Of a DNA stretch of 64,000 nucleotides, positions 39,206 through 49,259 are shown one piece after another (positions within the stretch are counted from its first letter, which is position 1; each line of letters starts with the position of its first letter). This stretch comes from Elusimicrobiota bacterium. Its GTDB lineage: Bacteria > Elusimicrobiota > Elusimicrobia > 2-02-FULL-39-32. Made by a program: the position numbers and the translations under genes. The stretch is taken from the NCBI GenBank assembly GCA_016180425.1, contig JACPBF010000001.1, positions 453,447 to 517,446 on the forward strand, written 5' to 3'. The notes under the pieces were generated by a model that had not been told where the DNA came from, made no database searches, and saw only the letters and a list, made by a program, of their open reading frames with translations.

Positions 39206-39279
39206 GCCCCCGTAGCTCAATTGGATAGAGCAGGTCCGTCCTAAGGACAAGGTTGGCAGTTCGACTCCGCCCGGGGGCG
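39206..39279 (+). tRNA. tRNA-Arg (anticodon CCU)
   Basis: Acceptor GCCCCCG/CGGGGGC and D-arm GCTC-AATTGGATA-GAGC. The anticodon loop GTCCTAA reads CCT. The sequence is near-identical to bacterial tRNA-Arg(CCU). The T-stem has one mismatch. Confidence 0.8.
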
Positions 39280-39301
39280 AAAGGACTTTACTTAAAAAAT
39301 T

Positions 39302-40009
39302 ATGCCGCAAACACTTTCTTCACGAGAAGATTTAAAAACGGATCTATTGCAAAAATGGATCCATCAAATCTTAGAATGGATTGCCAATCACAGGCAAACC
39401 TTCTTTTCTATTGCGGGAACCCTATTAGTTATCGCGGCAGTGGTTGCCTTTATTATTAGTAATTTTAAAAATTTAAGGACTCAAGCCTGGGAAAAATATT
39501 CTGCGGGTCAAACTTGGGCTTTAACCAGCCAGCCGGAAAATGGACTTAACCTTTTTAATGAAGTGATCCAAAATTACAGCCATACACCTGCGGCAACTTA
39601 TGCTTTGCTTTCTAAAGGAGACATTCTCTTTAGACAAAAAAAATTCCAGGCAGCGCCTGAAAGTTATAAACAATGCCTGGAAAAAGAGCCTCCCCAACTC
39701 ATTTTACCCTTTGCCTTCGCTGGTTTAGGAGCCTGCCAGGAAAATCAAGGAGATTATGCTTCCAGCATAATCTCTTACAAAAAATTTATATCGGATTTTC
39801 CGGAACATTTTCTAGCGCCTAAAATCTATGAATCTTTAGGAAGAGTTTATGAACTGAGCTTAAACCCGGATGCGGCAAAAGAAACTTATGAAAAAATTAT
39901 TACTGTTTTTCCTTCCACAATCTGGTCTGAAAAAGCGCGAGCCCGATACCAAATCCTCTCTCCTCAACCATTCCAAAATCAAACTCCACCGGTACAAGAA
40001 ACTAAATAA
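39302..40009 (+). CDS. Membrane-anchored tetratricopeptide-repeat protein (YfgM-like)
   Basis: 235 aa. One N-terminal TM helix is followed by TPR-like helical repeats. Confidence 0.55.
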   Translation: MPQTLSSREDLKTDLLQKWIHQILEWIANHRQTFFSIAGTLLVIAAVVAFIISNFKNLRTQAWEKYSAGQTWALTSQPENGLNLFNEVIQNYSHTPAATYALLSKGDILFRQKKFQAAPESYKQCLEKEPPQLILPFAFAGLGACQENQGDYASSIISYKKFISDFPEHFLAPKIYESLGRVYELSLNPDAAKETYEKIITVFPSTIWSEKARARYQILSPQPFQNQTPPVQETK

Positions 40010-41361
40010 TGCGAAAATTTTTAAGTGTTGCTGGTTTCTTATTTTTTGTTTCATCTCTTTATGGAGCCTCTAAACTAGACATTGGAGCTGACTATCGCTT
40101 TCGGGGAATTCAGATCAATAATCCTTCTTTTACAAGCGAGGCTCCAATCGGATCGGGAAAAACAATAGAAGAAAAATATTATTCTCAAAGGGCTAAAATT
40201 TACCTTAAAGGGAAACTTGATCCAGGAATAGAAATAGGAGCTGTGCTGCAGTCTTTGGGAGTTGTTGGATCCACAGCTCCTTTAAGGAACCGCTATCCTA
40301 AAGAAGATTTTTCACCCTTTATAGAAAATGCCTACTTGCAAGCAAACGAATTTAATGATCTCCCCATATCCTTCACTATTGGCAGACAAGCCTATACCTG
40401 GGGCACAGGTCTATTACTGAGCGATGATGATCTTGGTTTTGATGGGATTCGCTTGGAACTTGGCCCTGTCTGGGGATTTCGCACCCATTTTTTTGGCGCT
40501 AAAGCAAAAGAAAGAATTACGGAAGGAGATAGCGATCTCTATCTCTCCGGTCTTTCTTACCAGTGGGGAATTCACAAATTCCAATTTGGTTATTTAATGG
40601 AAGAGGATAGATCTGGAGCTTCCTATTCCAATATTACCGCAACCACGCCAGTCACAGCAGACAATATTTCCAGACAGTTTTTCGATATCCAACTAAAAGG
40701 CGATCTGGAAAAAGGGGCTTTTTACCGGGCTGAATATGTGATTCAAAAAGGAACAGTTAAAATTCCAGCCAAAGAACTTACTTTAAGCGGATCAGCCTTA
40801 ACTTTTGAAGGAGGATTTGATTTTATTCATCCCCGCTATAAAAGAATGATTTTAGCTTTTGTTTTTATGCAAGGTTCCGGGGATAGCTCCAGCACAGATG
40901 CGGAAGATGAAAAATTCAACCCTAGCTTTGGTCATAAATTTGATGGTTTGGAAAGATCCGGACACGGAGAATTTTTTGCCGCGAACCCTTACAGTTTTTT
41001 TAATGAAGATAAGGTGGTTGTCCCAATTAAAGTTGGAGAAAAAATTGTAAATACTCGCAGCTACTCCTCGCTTTTTTCTGGAATTCGGATGTTTGGATTT
41101 AGAGGCGCCATTCACCCTTACAAAAGCTTTATGGCGGGCTTGGAATACTATATCTTTACAGCCATGCAAAAATCAGAAATTGGAGTAGGAGCTCCTTCCA
41201 TTACTGAAAAATCTTTAGGACGTGAATTAGTGATTAAAAGTTCATACACCTATGATGAAAAAATCACTCTTGGCATTCGTTGGGGAAAATTTTTTCCCAG
41301 TTCTATTTTAAATGACGTAGGTTCCTCCCGTTTAATGTTTGAAGCCACTGGGAGATTCTAA
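40009..41361 (+). CDS. Putative outer-membrane beta-barrel protein
   Basis: 450 aa. It has a signal peptide (FLFFVSSLYGAS), alternating beta-strand patterning, and a C-terminal ...FEATGRF. Confidence 0.5.
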   Translation: MRKFLSVAGFLFFVSSLYGASKLDIGADYRFRGIQINNPSFTSEAPIGSGKTIEEKYYSQRAKIYLKGKLDPGIEIGAVLQSLGVVGSTAPLRNRYPKEDFSPFIENAYLQANEFNDLPISFTIGRQAYTWGTGLLLSDDDLGFDGIRLELGPVWGFRTHFFGAKAKERITEGDSDLYLSGLSYQWGIHKFQFGYLMEEDRSGASYSNITATTPVTADNISRQFFDIQLKGDLEKGAFYRAEYVIQKGTVKIPAKELTLSGSALTFEGGFDFIHPRYKRMILAFVFMQGSGDSSSTDAEDEKFNPSFGHKFDGLERSGHGEFFAANPYSFFNEDKVVVPIKVGEKIVNTRSYSSLFSGIRMFGFRGAIHPYKSFMAGLEYYIFTAMQKSEIGVGAPSITEKSLGRELVIKSSYTYDEKITLGIRWGKFFPSSILNDVGSSRLMFEATGRF

Positions 41362-43582
41362 AACGCATAAAATTTATTTAGCGTTTCTTTGGCACCAGCA
41401 CCAGCCTTACTACAAAGATCTAAAAACCGGACAAGCGATCCTTCCCTGGGCCAGGTTGCATGCTACAAAAGACTATTACGACATGGCCGCGATTCTGGAA
41501 GAATTCCCAAAAATTCAACTGACCATCAATCTTGTTCCCTCCCTCTTAGCCCAATTAGAAGATTATGCGCAAAATCGCTGCAGCGACCCTTGGCTGGAAA
41601 AAACTCTTCTGCCTGCAAAAACCTTAAGCCCTAAGGACCAATGTTGGATACTGGAAAATTTTTTCTTCTGCAATTGGGATACAAAAATTTTTCCCAATCT
41701 GCGCTACAGCCAGCTCTTTGAAAAAAGAGGAAAATATGTTTCTAAAAATGAATTAGAAAGAATCAGGACTTATTTTAGTCCGCAAGATTTCTTGGATTTA
41801 CAAGTTTGGTTTAATTTAGCCTGGATGGACCCTCTCTGGCAAGAAAAAGAACCGCTGATCTCCCATCTTTACAAGAAAGGCAGAGATTTTTCCGAAGGGG
41901 AAAAGATCATGCTGATTGAAAAACAAAAAGAGATCTGCAAACTAACCATAGAAAAACATAAAGAGCTCTGGGAAAAAGGACAAATTGAGCTCTCCACAAC
42001 CCCCTATTATCACCCTATCCTGCCCCTTCTTTGCGATACAGATTCAGCTCAAATGGCCATGCCAGGCTCAATGCAGCCTAGAAAAAGATTTCAGCACCCA
42101 GAAGACGCTAAACAGCAAATAGAAAAAGCTGTGAATTATTTTGAAAAGATTTTTGGAAAAAAACCGATTGGCATGTGGCCTTCAGAAGGCTCGGTTTCAG
42201 AAGAGATAATTCCGCTTCTGGAAGAAGCTGGAATTGAATGGGCAGCTACGGATGAAGCGATCTTGTTTAATTCTCTAAAATTGACTAGGGGTGGAACTCC
42301 TAATTTAAGAAAAGAAATGGCTTACCAGCCTTTTTGGGCGCCGCAAAAATTAGGCGATAAAAAACTACAGCTGGTCTTTAGGGACCATGGCTTATCTGAC
42401 GCAATTGGTTTTGTCTATGCCCGCACAGAACCTAAAAAAGCCGTGGATGATTTTTTGCACAGGCTAGTCAAAATTTTAGATAACTGGCAGGAAGACCGTC
42501 CACCTCTGGTTCCTGTTATCTTAGATGGTGAAAACTGCTGGGAACATTACATGAATGACGGCTTAGATTTTTTAAGAATTTTATACCAAAGCCTTTCAGA
42601 TCATCCGCAAATTGAAACCACCACTATTGGAAACTACATTAACAAATTTCCAGCAAAGCAATCTTTGGAAAAGCTCTGGGCAGGCTCCTGGATCAATGCG
42701 GACTTTAGCATTTGGATTGGCCAGCATGAAGATAACCGGGCATGGGAATTAGTCAGCGAAGCCAGAGATTTTTTAGGTGAATATGCCCGGCAGCATCCGG
42801 AAAAATCTAATGATCCAAATTTAATTTCAGCCTGGGAATCTTTGTACATTGCTGAAGGTTCTGACTGGTGCTGGTGGTATGGTGACCAAAACTCTACCGC
42901 GCATGATGAGGTTTTCGATCAGCTTTTCAGGAACCACCTTAAAAATGTTTATAGCTTCTTAAATGTTGATCCTCCGGAAAAACTAAATATCGCGATCAAG
43001 GGCAAGGAACAAAAAAGACAGTACCTGCCTCCAGTGGATTTTATTTACCCAAAAATAGATGGGCTCATCACCAACTATTACGAATGGCGTTCAGGGGGAG
43101 TTTATCAAATTCTTACTTCTGGCGGCGCCATGCATCAGGCAGAAAATTTTTTAAACGCGATCTATTATGGATTTGATCTGGAAAATCTCTACCTTAGGCT
43201 GGATCCAAAAATTCCATTTAATAAAAATGAACTGGATCTATCAGAGATAAAAATAAAGATTAGTTTTTTAGACCCTCCAAATCAAGAACTGCAAATAGAA
43301 TGGTCTCCTAAAGAAATTGATACTCATCTCCAACCCCAGCAAGTTAAAGCGATATTTTTAAATGCTAAGGGGGAAACCACACAAATCTCAAATATTGCCG
43401 CTAAAAAAATTGTTGAACTTTCCATACCTTTTTCCTACCTGGGTGTAAAACCAGATGAGCCAATAGAATTTAGCCTAACTATCATCCGAAATGGCCTTCA
43501 AATCGAACGCTGGCCGCATCAATCCACTATTCTTTTTAGGCGCCCAACTGAAACCTTTCATCTAGAACACTGGACAGTATAA
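41339..43582 (+). CDS. Glycoside hydrolase family 57 (alpha-glucan hydrolase/transferase)
   Basis: 747 aa. It has the N-terminal GH57 signature FLWHQHQPYY, the WAAT-DE region, and a C-terminal extension. Confidence 0.85.
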   Translation: MKPLGDSKTHKIYLAFLWHQHQPYYKDLKTGQAILPWARLHATKDYYDMAAILEEFPKIQLTINLVPSLLAQLEDYAQNRCSDPWLEKTLLPAKTLSPKDQCWILENFFFCNWDTKIFPNLRYSQLFEKRGKYVSKNELERIRTYFSPQDFLDLQVWFNLAWMDPLWQEKEPLISHLYKKGRDFSEGEKIMLIEKQKEICKLTIEKHKELWEKGQIELSTTPYYHPILPLLCDTDSAQMAMPGSMQPRKRFQHPEDAKQQIEKAVNYFEKIFGKKPIGMWPSEGSVSEEIIPLLEEAGIEWAATDEAILFNSLKLTRGGTPNLRKEMAYQPFWAPQKLGDKKLQLVFRDHGLSDAIGFVYARTEPKKAVDDFLHRLVKILDNWQEDRPPLVPVILDGENCWEHYMNDGLDFLRILYQSLSDHPQIETTTIGNYINKFPAKQSLEKLWAGSWINADFSIWIGQHEDNRAWELVSEARDFLGEYARQHPEKSNDPNLISAWESLYIAEGSDWCWWYGDQNSTAHDEVFDQLFRNHLKNVYSFLNVDPPEKLNIAIKGKEQKRQYLPPVDFIYPKIDGLITNYYEWRSGGVYQILTSGGAMHQAENFLNAIYYGFDLENLYLRLDPKIPFNKNELDLSEIKIKISFLDPPNQELQIEWSPKEIDTHLQPQQVKAIFLNAKGETTQISNIAAKKIVELSIPFSYLGVKPDEPIEFSLTIIRNGLQIERWPHQSTILFRRPTETFHLEHWTV

Positions 43583-44713
43583 ATTCATCCTAGCAATCAC
43601 CTTTCAAAGTCTTTTTAACCTGAATATTGCTTGCCTTTCAAATAGCCAAAATTCAAGTTAAAATAGTCTAGTTCGCTTTGAAAAAGAAATCTAAAAATAG
43701 GGCTAAAATCACTCCAAAAGATCAAAAAAATGCTTTTCAAAAGAGCTCAAACTTAATTTCAAACCTTCCTCATTTCTGCTTAAAATTTGTTTAAAAATCT
43801 TTAAAATCAATTCTGTAATTGAATTCAAATAAAAAGAGGGATTATCTCTAAGTAGGCGCTTTAATTTAAGGACGGGAAACAGTTTTTTCACCCTATTTAG
43901 TTCCTATAATATATATTATGTTATGTTATAAATAAACTAATCCAATAAATTTTAATTTAAGTATTGACTAAATAATCTTTATATTTCCCTTAATATTTAA
44001 GTATTTTAAACATGAATTTACTACAAAATTAAATTATTTTTATTTTAGCACTCTTAAAAACTAAAGATTTTTTGAATTTTTCTTTCATGGTGTATCTATA
44101 ATGGAATCCTAATTTTAAAATTCAATGATTTTTACTGTTTTTTGATCAAAATTCAGTTAAATTTACACATTTAAAAAAAACAATCTTTCTAAATTATGGA
44201 TATGATTTTAACTTGAGTTAATAGATAAAAGACCATGAGATGTTGTTTTAATTTTGCTTAGATGGTTTTTGGGTTCCAAATAGGCTTTAGGGCAAAAAGT
44301 AAAGGATTTTTAAAATAAACAGGGATGGGTTATGGCAAAAAGAGATTTTAGATTAAAAATTCCCCAATCTCTAAAACACCATTAAAGGGTAGGGTCTAAT
44401 TTCTATGAGTTTAAAAAGACAAGCAGGGCAGCTCCTTAAAAAATTCTAGTTCTGATAAACACAATAAAGCGCTGCTATATACCAAAATGAATTTTTAAGG
44501 AATATTTAAAAAACAATGAAAGAAAAAGAAGTTTTTAGGGTTAAATTAAAACATATTGAAAAATCAATTCGTTTTATAATATACCTTTCCATGGTTTTCT
44601 TTAAAAAATGGCTAAAAAATGGGTTTTTGTGCGTTTTACCGTCGAGAAGCTGAAAAAAAATATCATAATTTTTTGGTTTCTTGATCTTTTATGGGTTGGG
44701 CTTAACTTGAAAT

Positions 44714-45922
44714 TTAAATATTTGAGGTTTTTGCGGATCCTTCCTTGCCAAAGTTTAATTCTTCTAAGTAAGCGGTTGCGACTTGCGGATCAAAAAATTT
44801 ATCGCTATTTTTATAAACATATTGCTCCACATGTTTACGGAACTCCTCTTCTGTCATCAAGTGACTGCGCAAATCCTCAACTGTTTCTGCCAAAGAGATG
44901 ATCCGCGCGCCTAAAGGAATCTCCTCGCCTTTTAATTTGTTTGGAAAACCAGTGCCATCCCAATGTTCATGGTGCGCTCGAATTAAAGGCGCGCAGCGCT
45001 TAAAGAGGCTAATGGATTCAGCCATTTCTGCTCCAACCCCTGGATGCAGATGCTCAATCTTATCTTGAGGTTCTTCAAACATCGCGACTTTCTTAGAATT
45101 TATTTGTTTATGCGCCTGAATATAACCAATATCGTGCAAAAGTGAGGCGTAATAAATGGTTTTATATGCTTCGCCTGTAATTTTTAATCTTCTGGCTATG
45201 GCGCAAGAATTTTGAGCCACTCTCCAGCAATGGCCATGGCTTTGTTTAGAAATATTTTCTACTGATGAAATTAAAATCTCAATGATATTGGCAAAAAAAT
45301 TCTTTTGATCCAAATTTAATTTTGAATTTAAAATAGAGACTGCCGCAAAGCCAGCTAAACTTCCAAGAATTTCCTGATCCTCGGAGCTAAATTTTCCTTC
45401 TGGAGCGTTTTTTTTGTTCACAACCTCCATGACACCTATGATTTCATCCGCTATGTTCATGGGAACGCAAAGAATAGAACGTGTTTTAAAGCCGCTTTTT
45501 TCATCCCCTAAAGAAGACAAAAAACGTGAATCTTTGGCAACATCGTCAATAATCAGGGGCTGCCCATTTTGAGCAACAAGACCTGCAATTCCCTGCCCAA
45601 TAGGAATGCGAATCGTCTTCATCATGTTTCCCTTTTCCCCGCCAGCAGATTTAAAAAAAAGAAATTCTTTATTGTCGTCTAAAAGCATGACTGCGGAAGC
45701 TTCTGCCTGGGTCAATTTTTCTGCTGCAGCGGAAATTTTCTTTAATAATAGATCTAAATCCGTGACAGCGGCAAAACTGCGGGCAATTTCAAAAAGATCA
45801 TGGATCGCAACTCCGGATTTGTCGCTGAACTCATCGCCAATAACGCTCAATCCGCAATTAGGGCAAAATTTAAATAATCTTTCAAAAGGCGCTTGACAAT
45901 GAGAACATTTCGCAATGGCCAT
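44714..45922 (-). CDS. HD-GYP phosphodiesterase with N-terminal zinc ribbon and GAF domain
   Basis: 402 aa. The order is CSHCQ...CPNC (zinc ribbon), then a GAF-like region, then HD-GYP (LLHDIGY...HHEHWDGTGFP). Confidence 0.85.
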   Translation of the reverse strand: MAIAKCSHCQAPFERLFKFCPNCGLSVIGDEFSDKSGVAIHDLFEIARSFAAVTDLDLLLKKISAAAEKLTQAEASAVMLLDDNKEFLFFKSAGGEKGNMMKTIRIPIGQGIAGLVAQNGQPLIIDDVAKDSRFLSSLGDEKSGFKTRSILCVPMNIADEIIGVMEVVNKKNAPEGKFSSEDQEILGSLAGFAAVSILNSKLNLDQKNFFANIIEILISSVENISKQSHGHCWRVAQNSCAIARRLKITGEAYKTIYYASLLHDIGYIQAHKQINSKKVAMFEEPQDKIEHLHPGVGAEMAESISLFKRCAPLIRAHHEHWDGTGFPNKLKGEEIPLGARIISLAETVEDLRSHLMTEEEFRKHVEQYVYKNSDKFFDPQVATAYLEELNFGKEGSAKTSNI

Positions 45923-45943
45923 ACCTTTTGCTCCTCTTATCCT

Positions 45944-47746
45944 TTATTTTGCTGCTGCCATAATTTCTTCAAAAGTTGTTACCCCTTTAGTTACTTTTAT
46001 TAAACCGTCCTGCACTAATGTGCGCAAACCATTCTTAACCGCCACAACTTTCACATCGTCATTTTTTATGCCTGGTTTACAAATATCTCTTAAAGGGCCA
46101 TTCATCACCATCAGTTCATGAATAGCGGTTCTGCCTTTCATTCCTTTGTTATTACATTTTGAGCAACCTTTAATTTTCATAAAAGTTGCTCCTTTAGTAT
46201 CTATTTTAGACTCTTCAATAAGTTTTAGAACTTCTGCTGGAGGATTTGGATCTGGCTCTTTACAAGCTTTGCAAAGAGTGCGGATTAAGCGCTGCGCTAA
46301 AACACACTCTAAAGTAGATGCGATCAAATAAGGGGCTACTCCCATTTCAGCCAGCCTGGCGATCACAGATGTAGCGTCATTGGTGTGAATCGTGGAAAGC
46401 ACAAGATGTCCTGTCATTGCAGCTTCACAGGCAACGTGACCAGTTTCTTCGTCACGAATTTCTCCAACCATGATCGTATCTGGATCCTGCCGTAAAAAAG
46501 ATCTCAAGGCCGCTGAAAAATCGAACTTTCTTCCATCTCCTAGAGAAAGGTCTGGATTCACCTGCACCTGCACCACTCCTTCTAAATTATATTCCACAGG
46601 ATTTTCCGCTGTTAAGATTTTCTCTTCCGGGTCGCGCACAGCAGCTAAAGCTGCCATCAGAGTAAAAGATTTTCCAGAACCTGTGGGTCCGCAAACTAAA
46701 ATAAGTCCGTAAGGTTTGGAAAGAGATTCTAAAAAACGCTCTTGCGTGTCAGGTAAAAACCCAAGTTGATCTAAAGTAAGTTTTGCTCCTGAACGGTCCA
46801 AAATTCGCATGACCGCGCTCTCTCCCATGACCGTTGGAACAACATTGACGCGAAATTCATAAGGTTTGCCTTTTACCTTGATTGCGATGCGTCCATCCTG
46901 GGGGATGCGCCGTTCCGTAATATTCATTCCCCCCATAATTTTTACCTTTGCGATTAAAGCATTCTTAAAAGTAAATGGAACTTTAAAAGTGCTTTTTCTT
47001 AAAGCTCCATCTACCCGGTAACGGATCAATATTTTTTTTTCAAAAGGTTCAATATGAATGTCGGAAGCGCCCAAACGAATTGCCTCTAAAATAATAGCAT
47101 TGATCAGTTTTTCTACAACTGGCGCGGAAGCATTCACCTGCATAATATCTTCTACGCTAAACTTATCAATTTCTACTTGACCCTTTTCTCCGGCTGGCGA
47201 ACCTTCTAACCCTTGCAGCAATTGCTCTGTCATTTCCTGGGCATCTTCCGCAAACTCCTCTTGAGAAATTTGAGGACCCTGATCCTCTTCAGATTCTTCC
47301 GCTTCTCCTGGAGAGCCATGAACTTTTGAAATCGCTTTTTGAATGTCAGAGGAAAGGGAAAAATGCGGTTTTATTTGAATGCCGAAGCGCAGACCAATAT
47401 CTTCCAAAACAAAACTGTCCTGCGGGTTACGCATGGCGAGTAAAACATATTCATCCTCTTTGGCATAAGGCACAACCATCTTTTCTTTGGCAAAATCTTT
47501 AGGCAGGAGTTTCCCAATTTCAGGGTCAATTTCCAAGGCCTCTAAATCAATGCAGGGAACATCCATTTTCGTGGAAAGCGTCTCTAAGATTTGATCCTTT
47601 GGAACCAACTTTAAATCCAATAAGACCTGGGGCGCGTCTTTCCCAGACTTATCACATTCTTCCATGACCTTTCCTGCCATCTCTGTGTCAATCAGCCCGC
47701 TGGCAGTAAAAAGTTCGCAAATCTCGCTAACAGTTGTATCCGCCAT
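45944..47746 (-). CDS. Type IV pilus / type II secretion assembly ATPase (PilB/GspE family) with T2SSE_N (MshEN-like) domain
   Basis: 600 aa with Walker A VCGPTGSGKSFTL, a C-terminal CxxC...CxxC tetracysteine, and an N-terminal GSPII_E N domain. Confidence 0.9.
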   Translation of the reverse strand: MADTTVSEICELFTASGLIDTEMAGKVMEECDKSGKDAPQVLLDLKLVPKDQILETLSTKMDVPCIDLEALEIDPEIGKLLPKDFAKEKMVVPYAKEDEYVLLAMRNPQDSFVLEDIGLRFGIQIKPHFSLSSDIQKAISKVHGSPGEAEESEEDQGPQISQEEFAEDAQEMTEQLLQGLEGSPAGEKGQVEIDKFSVEDIMQVNASAPVVEKLINAIILEAIRLGASDIHIEPFEKKILIRYRVDGALRKSTFKVPFTFKNALIAKVKIMGGMNITERRIPQDGRIAIKVKGKPYEFRVNVVPTVMGESAVMRILDRSGAKLTLDQLGFLPDTQERFLESLSKPYGLILVCGPTGSGKSFTLMAALAAVRDPEEKILTAENPVEYNLEGVVQVQVNPDLSLGDGRKFDFSAALRSFLRQDPDTIMVGEIRDEETGHVACEAAMTGHLVLSTIHTNDATSVIARLAEMGVAPYLIASTLECVLAQRLIRTLCKACKEPDPNPPAEVLKLIEESKIDTKGATFMKIKGCSKCNNKGMKGRTAIHELMVMNGPLRDICKPGIKNDDVKVVAVKNGLRTLVQDGLIKVTKGVTTFEEIMAAAK

Positions 47747-47984
47747 TTTAATTATTTGCCGAATTTAATGTTCACGATTTTTTTAGATTGGTCTCTTTCA
47801 TATTGTTTAATTTTACTATAACCTGAATAGAAAAAATTGTCAACCCCATTTTATTTTTATATATTGAACCCTAAGATTGCGCTTATGATAGCATGAAAAA
47901 AAAACATGAAAACTCAAAAAAACTTCAAAGTTTGACGCAACATTTTATAAATGAAAACATTGTTCAATATTTAGGTTAAAGATC

Positions 47985-48485
47985 ATGATCCTGAAAAAAA
48001 ATATAAAAAAAATTTATAAAGAATATTCCGCTGGAGGAATTGTTTTTGATTTTGAATCAAAAGCCTTTGATTCCATAAAACTTCTAATGATTCAAGTAAA
48101 AAATTTAAAAGGAGAAGTGATCTGGACTTTTCCCAAAGGCCATATAGAAAAAAATGAATCTGAAACCGAAGCTGCTTTAAGAGAGGTATTGGAAGAAACC
48201 GGCTGGAAATGCAAAATTTTTAAAATCAACAAAAAAAATTATCTAAAAAAAGTATTTTATCAATTTAAAAGAAACGAAAAATGGATTCATAAAAAAGTGG
48301 TCTGGTATTTAATGGTCCCTATTACAAAAGCAGGAAATAAAGATCCGGAAGAAGTGTTAGAAGTTAATTGGTTTAGTCCGGAAGAAGCGCAAAAAAAAGC
48401 ACAGTATCCTTCGGATAAAATCATCTTAGAACTATTGGCGGGAATTAGAACTAAACTAAAAGAGAATAACCGCCGTCCGCAATAA
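47985..48485 (+). CDS. NUDIX hydrolase
   Basis: 166 aa with the Nudix box GHIEKNESETEAALREVLEETG. Confidence 0.85.
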   Translation: MILKKNIKKIYKEYSAGGIVFDFESKAFDSIKLLMIQVKNLKGEVIWTFPKGHIEKNESETEAALREVLEETGWKCKIFKINKKNYLKKVFYQFKRNEKWIHKKVVWYLMVPITKAGNKDPEEVLEVNWFSPEEAQKKAQYPSDKIILELLAGIRTKLKENNRRPQ

Positions 48486-49224
48486 TGGTTTGACCTACAA
48501 TCCAACGCGCTTCCTCGCTGCATAAAAATGAGACTACATTGGCTATATCCTGCGGATGGCCAATCCTGCCCACAGGAGTTTTTGTTTTTGCCAAATGCAC
48601 CATCTCTTCATATCTAGGAATTTTTTTTAGGGATTCGGTTACCGTGGTGCCAGCCATCACCACATTCACATTAATTCCTTTAGGAGCAAGCTCCACGGCT
48701 AGATAACGGCTTAAACATTCAATTCCAGATTTTGCTAAACCCACCGCGGCATAATTAGGCAAACAGCGATTCGAGCCATGGCTTGAAATGGAAACTATTT
48801 TGCCGTGCCTTCCCTGCATCAAAGGCACAGCAGCCTTTGCGCAAATAAAAAGAGATTTTAAATTAATTTGCAGGGTTCTTTCCCATTCTTCATCCTTGAG
48901 ATCTAGAATAGGTTTTAAATCCCCGGTAGCCGCATTATGAATTAAAAAATCCAATTTACCGAATTTAAGTTTGACGGTTTCAAAAATGTTTGAAATCTGC
49001 TCAACATTGCCCATGTTCGCTCGCAAAGGAAGCACTTGGATTCCATGAGAGGAAAGCTGTTGTTCAGCATGGAAAGCATCGGAGCGGCTGCGCAAATAAG
49101 TAAAAACAATATGCGCTCCCTTTTTAGCAAACTTTTCTGCAATCGCATATCCAATACCTCGGGAACCGCCGCTAATCAAAGCGATTTTATCTTTAAAAGG
49201 TCTTAAAATATTTAACTCTTGCAC
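48451..49224 (-). CDS. fabL: Enoyl-[acyl-carrier-protein] reductase, FabL-type SDR
   Basis: 257 aa. It has GGSRGIG, then SISSHGS...Y...K, then RYLAVELAP and GGYSLLV, which closely match the FabL block pattern. Confidence 0.75.
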   Translation of the reverse strand: MQELNILRPFKDKIALISGGSRGIGYAIAEKFAKKGAHIVFTYLRSRSDAFHAEQQLSSHGIQVLPLRANMGNVEQISNIFETVKLKFGKLDFLIHNAATGDLKPILDLKDEEWERTLQINLKSLFICAKAAVPLMQGRHGKIVSISSHGSNRCLPNYAAVGLAKSGIECLSRYLAVELAPKGINVNVVMAGTTVTESLKKIPRYEEMVHLAKTKTPVGRIGHPQDIANVVSFLCSEEARWIVGQTIIADGGYSLLV

Positions 49225-49259
49225 GGATTTATTTAATATAGCATAATTTGAACACGCTT

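Noticed and set aside
43583-44713. CRISPR array or rRNA in the long AT-rich gap
   Set aside because: It has no regularly spaced direct repeats of 25-40 bp and no GC-rich structured segment resembling rRNA. Only short A/T-rich simple repeats are present.
44608-44901. 97-aa plus-strand ORF at the edge of the AT-rich region
   Set aside because: It overlaps the 3' end of the HD-GYP gene on the opposite strand. It is hydrophobic and low-complexity, so it is probably not coding.
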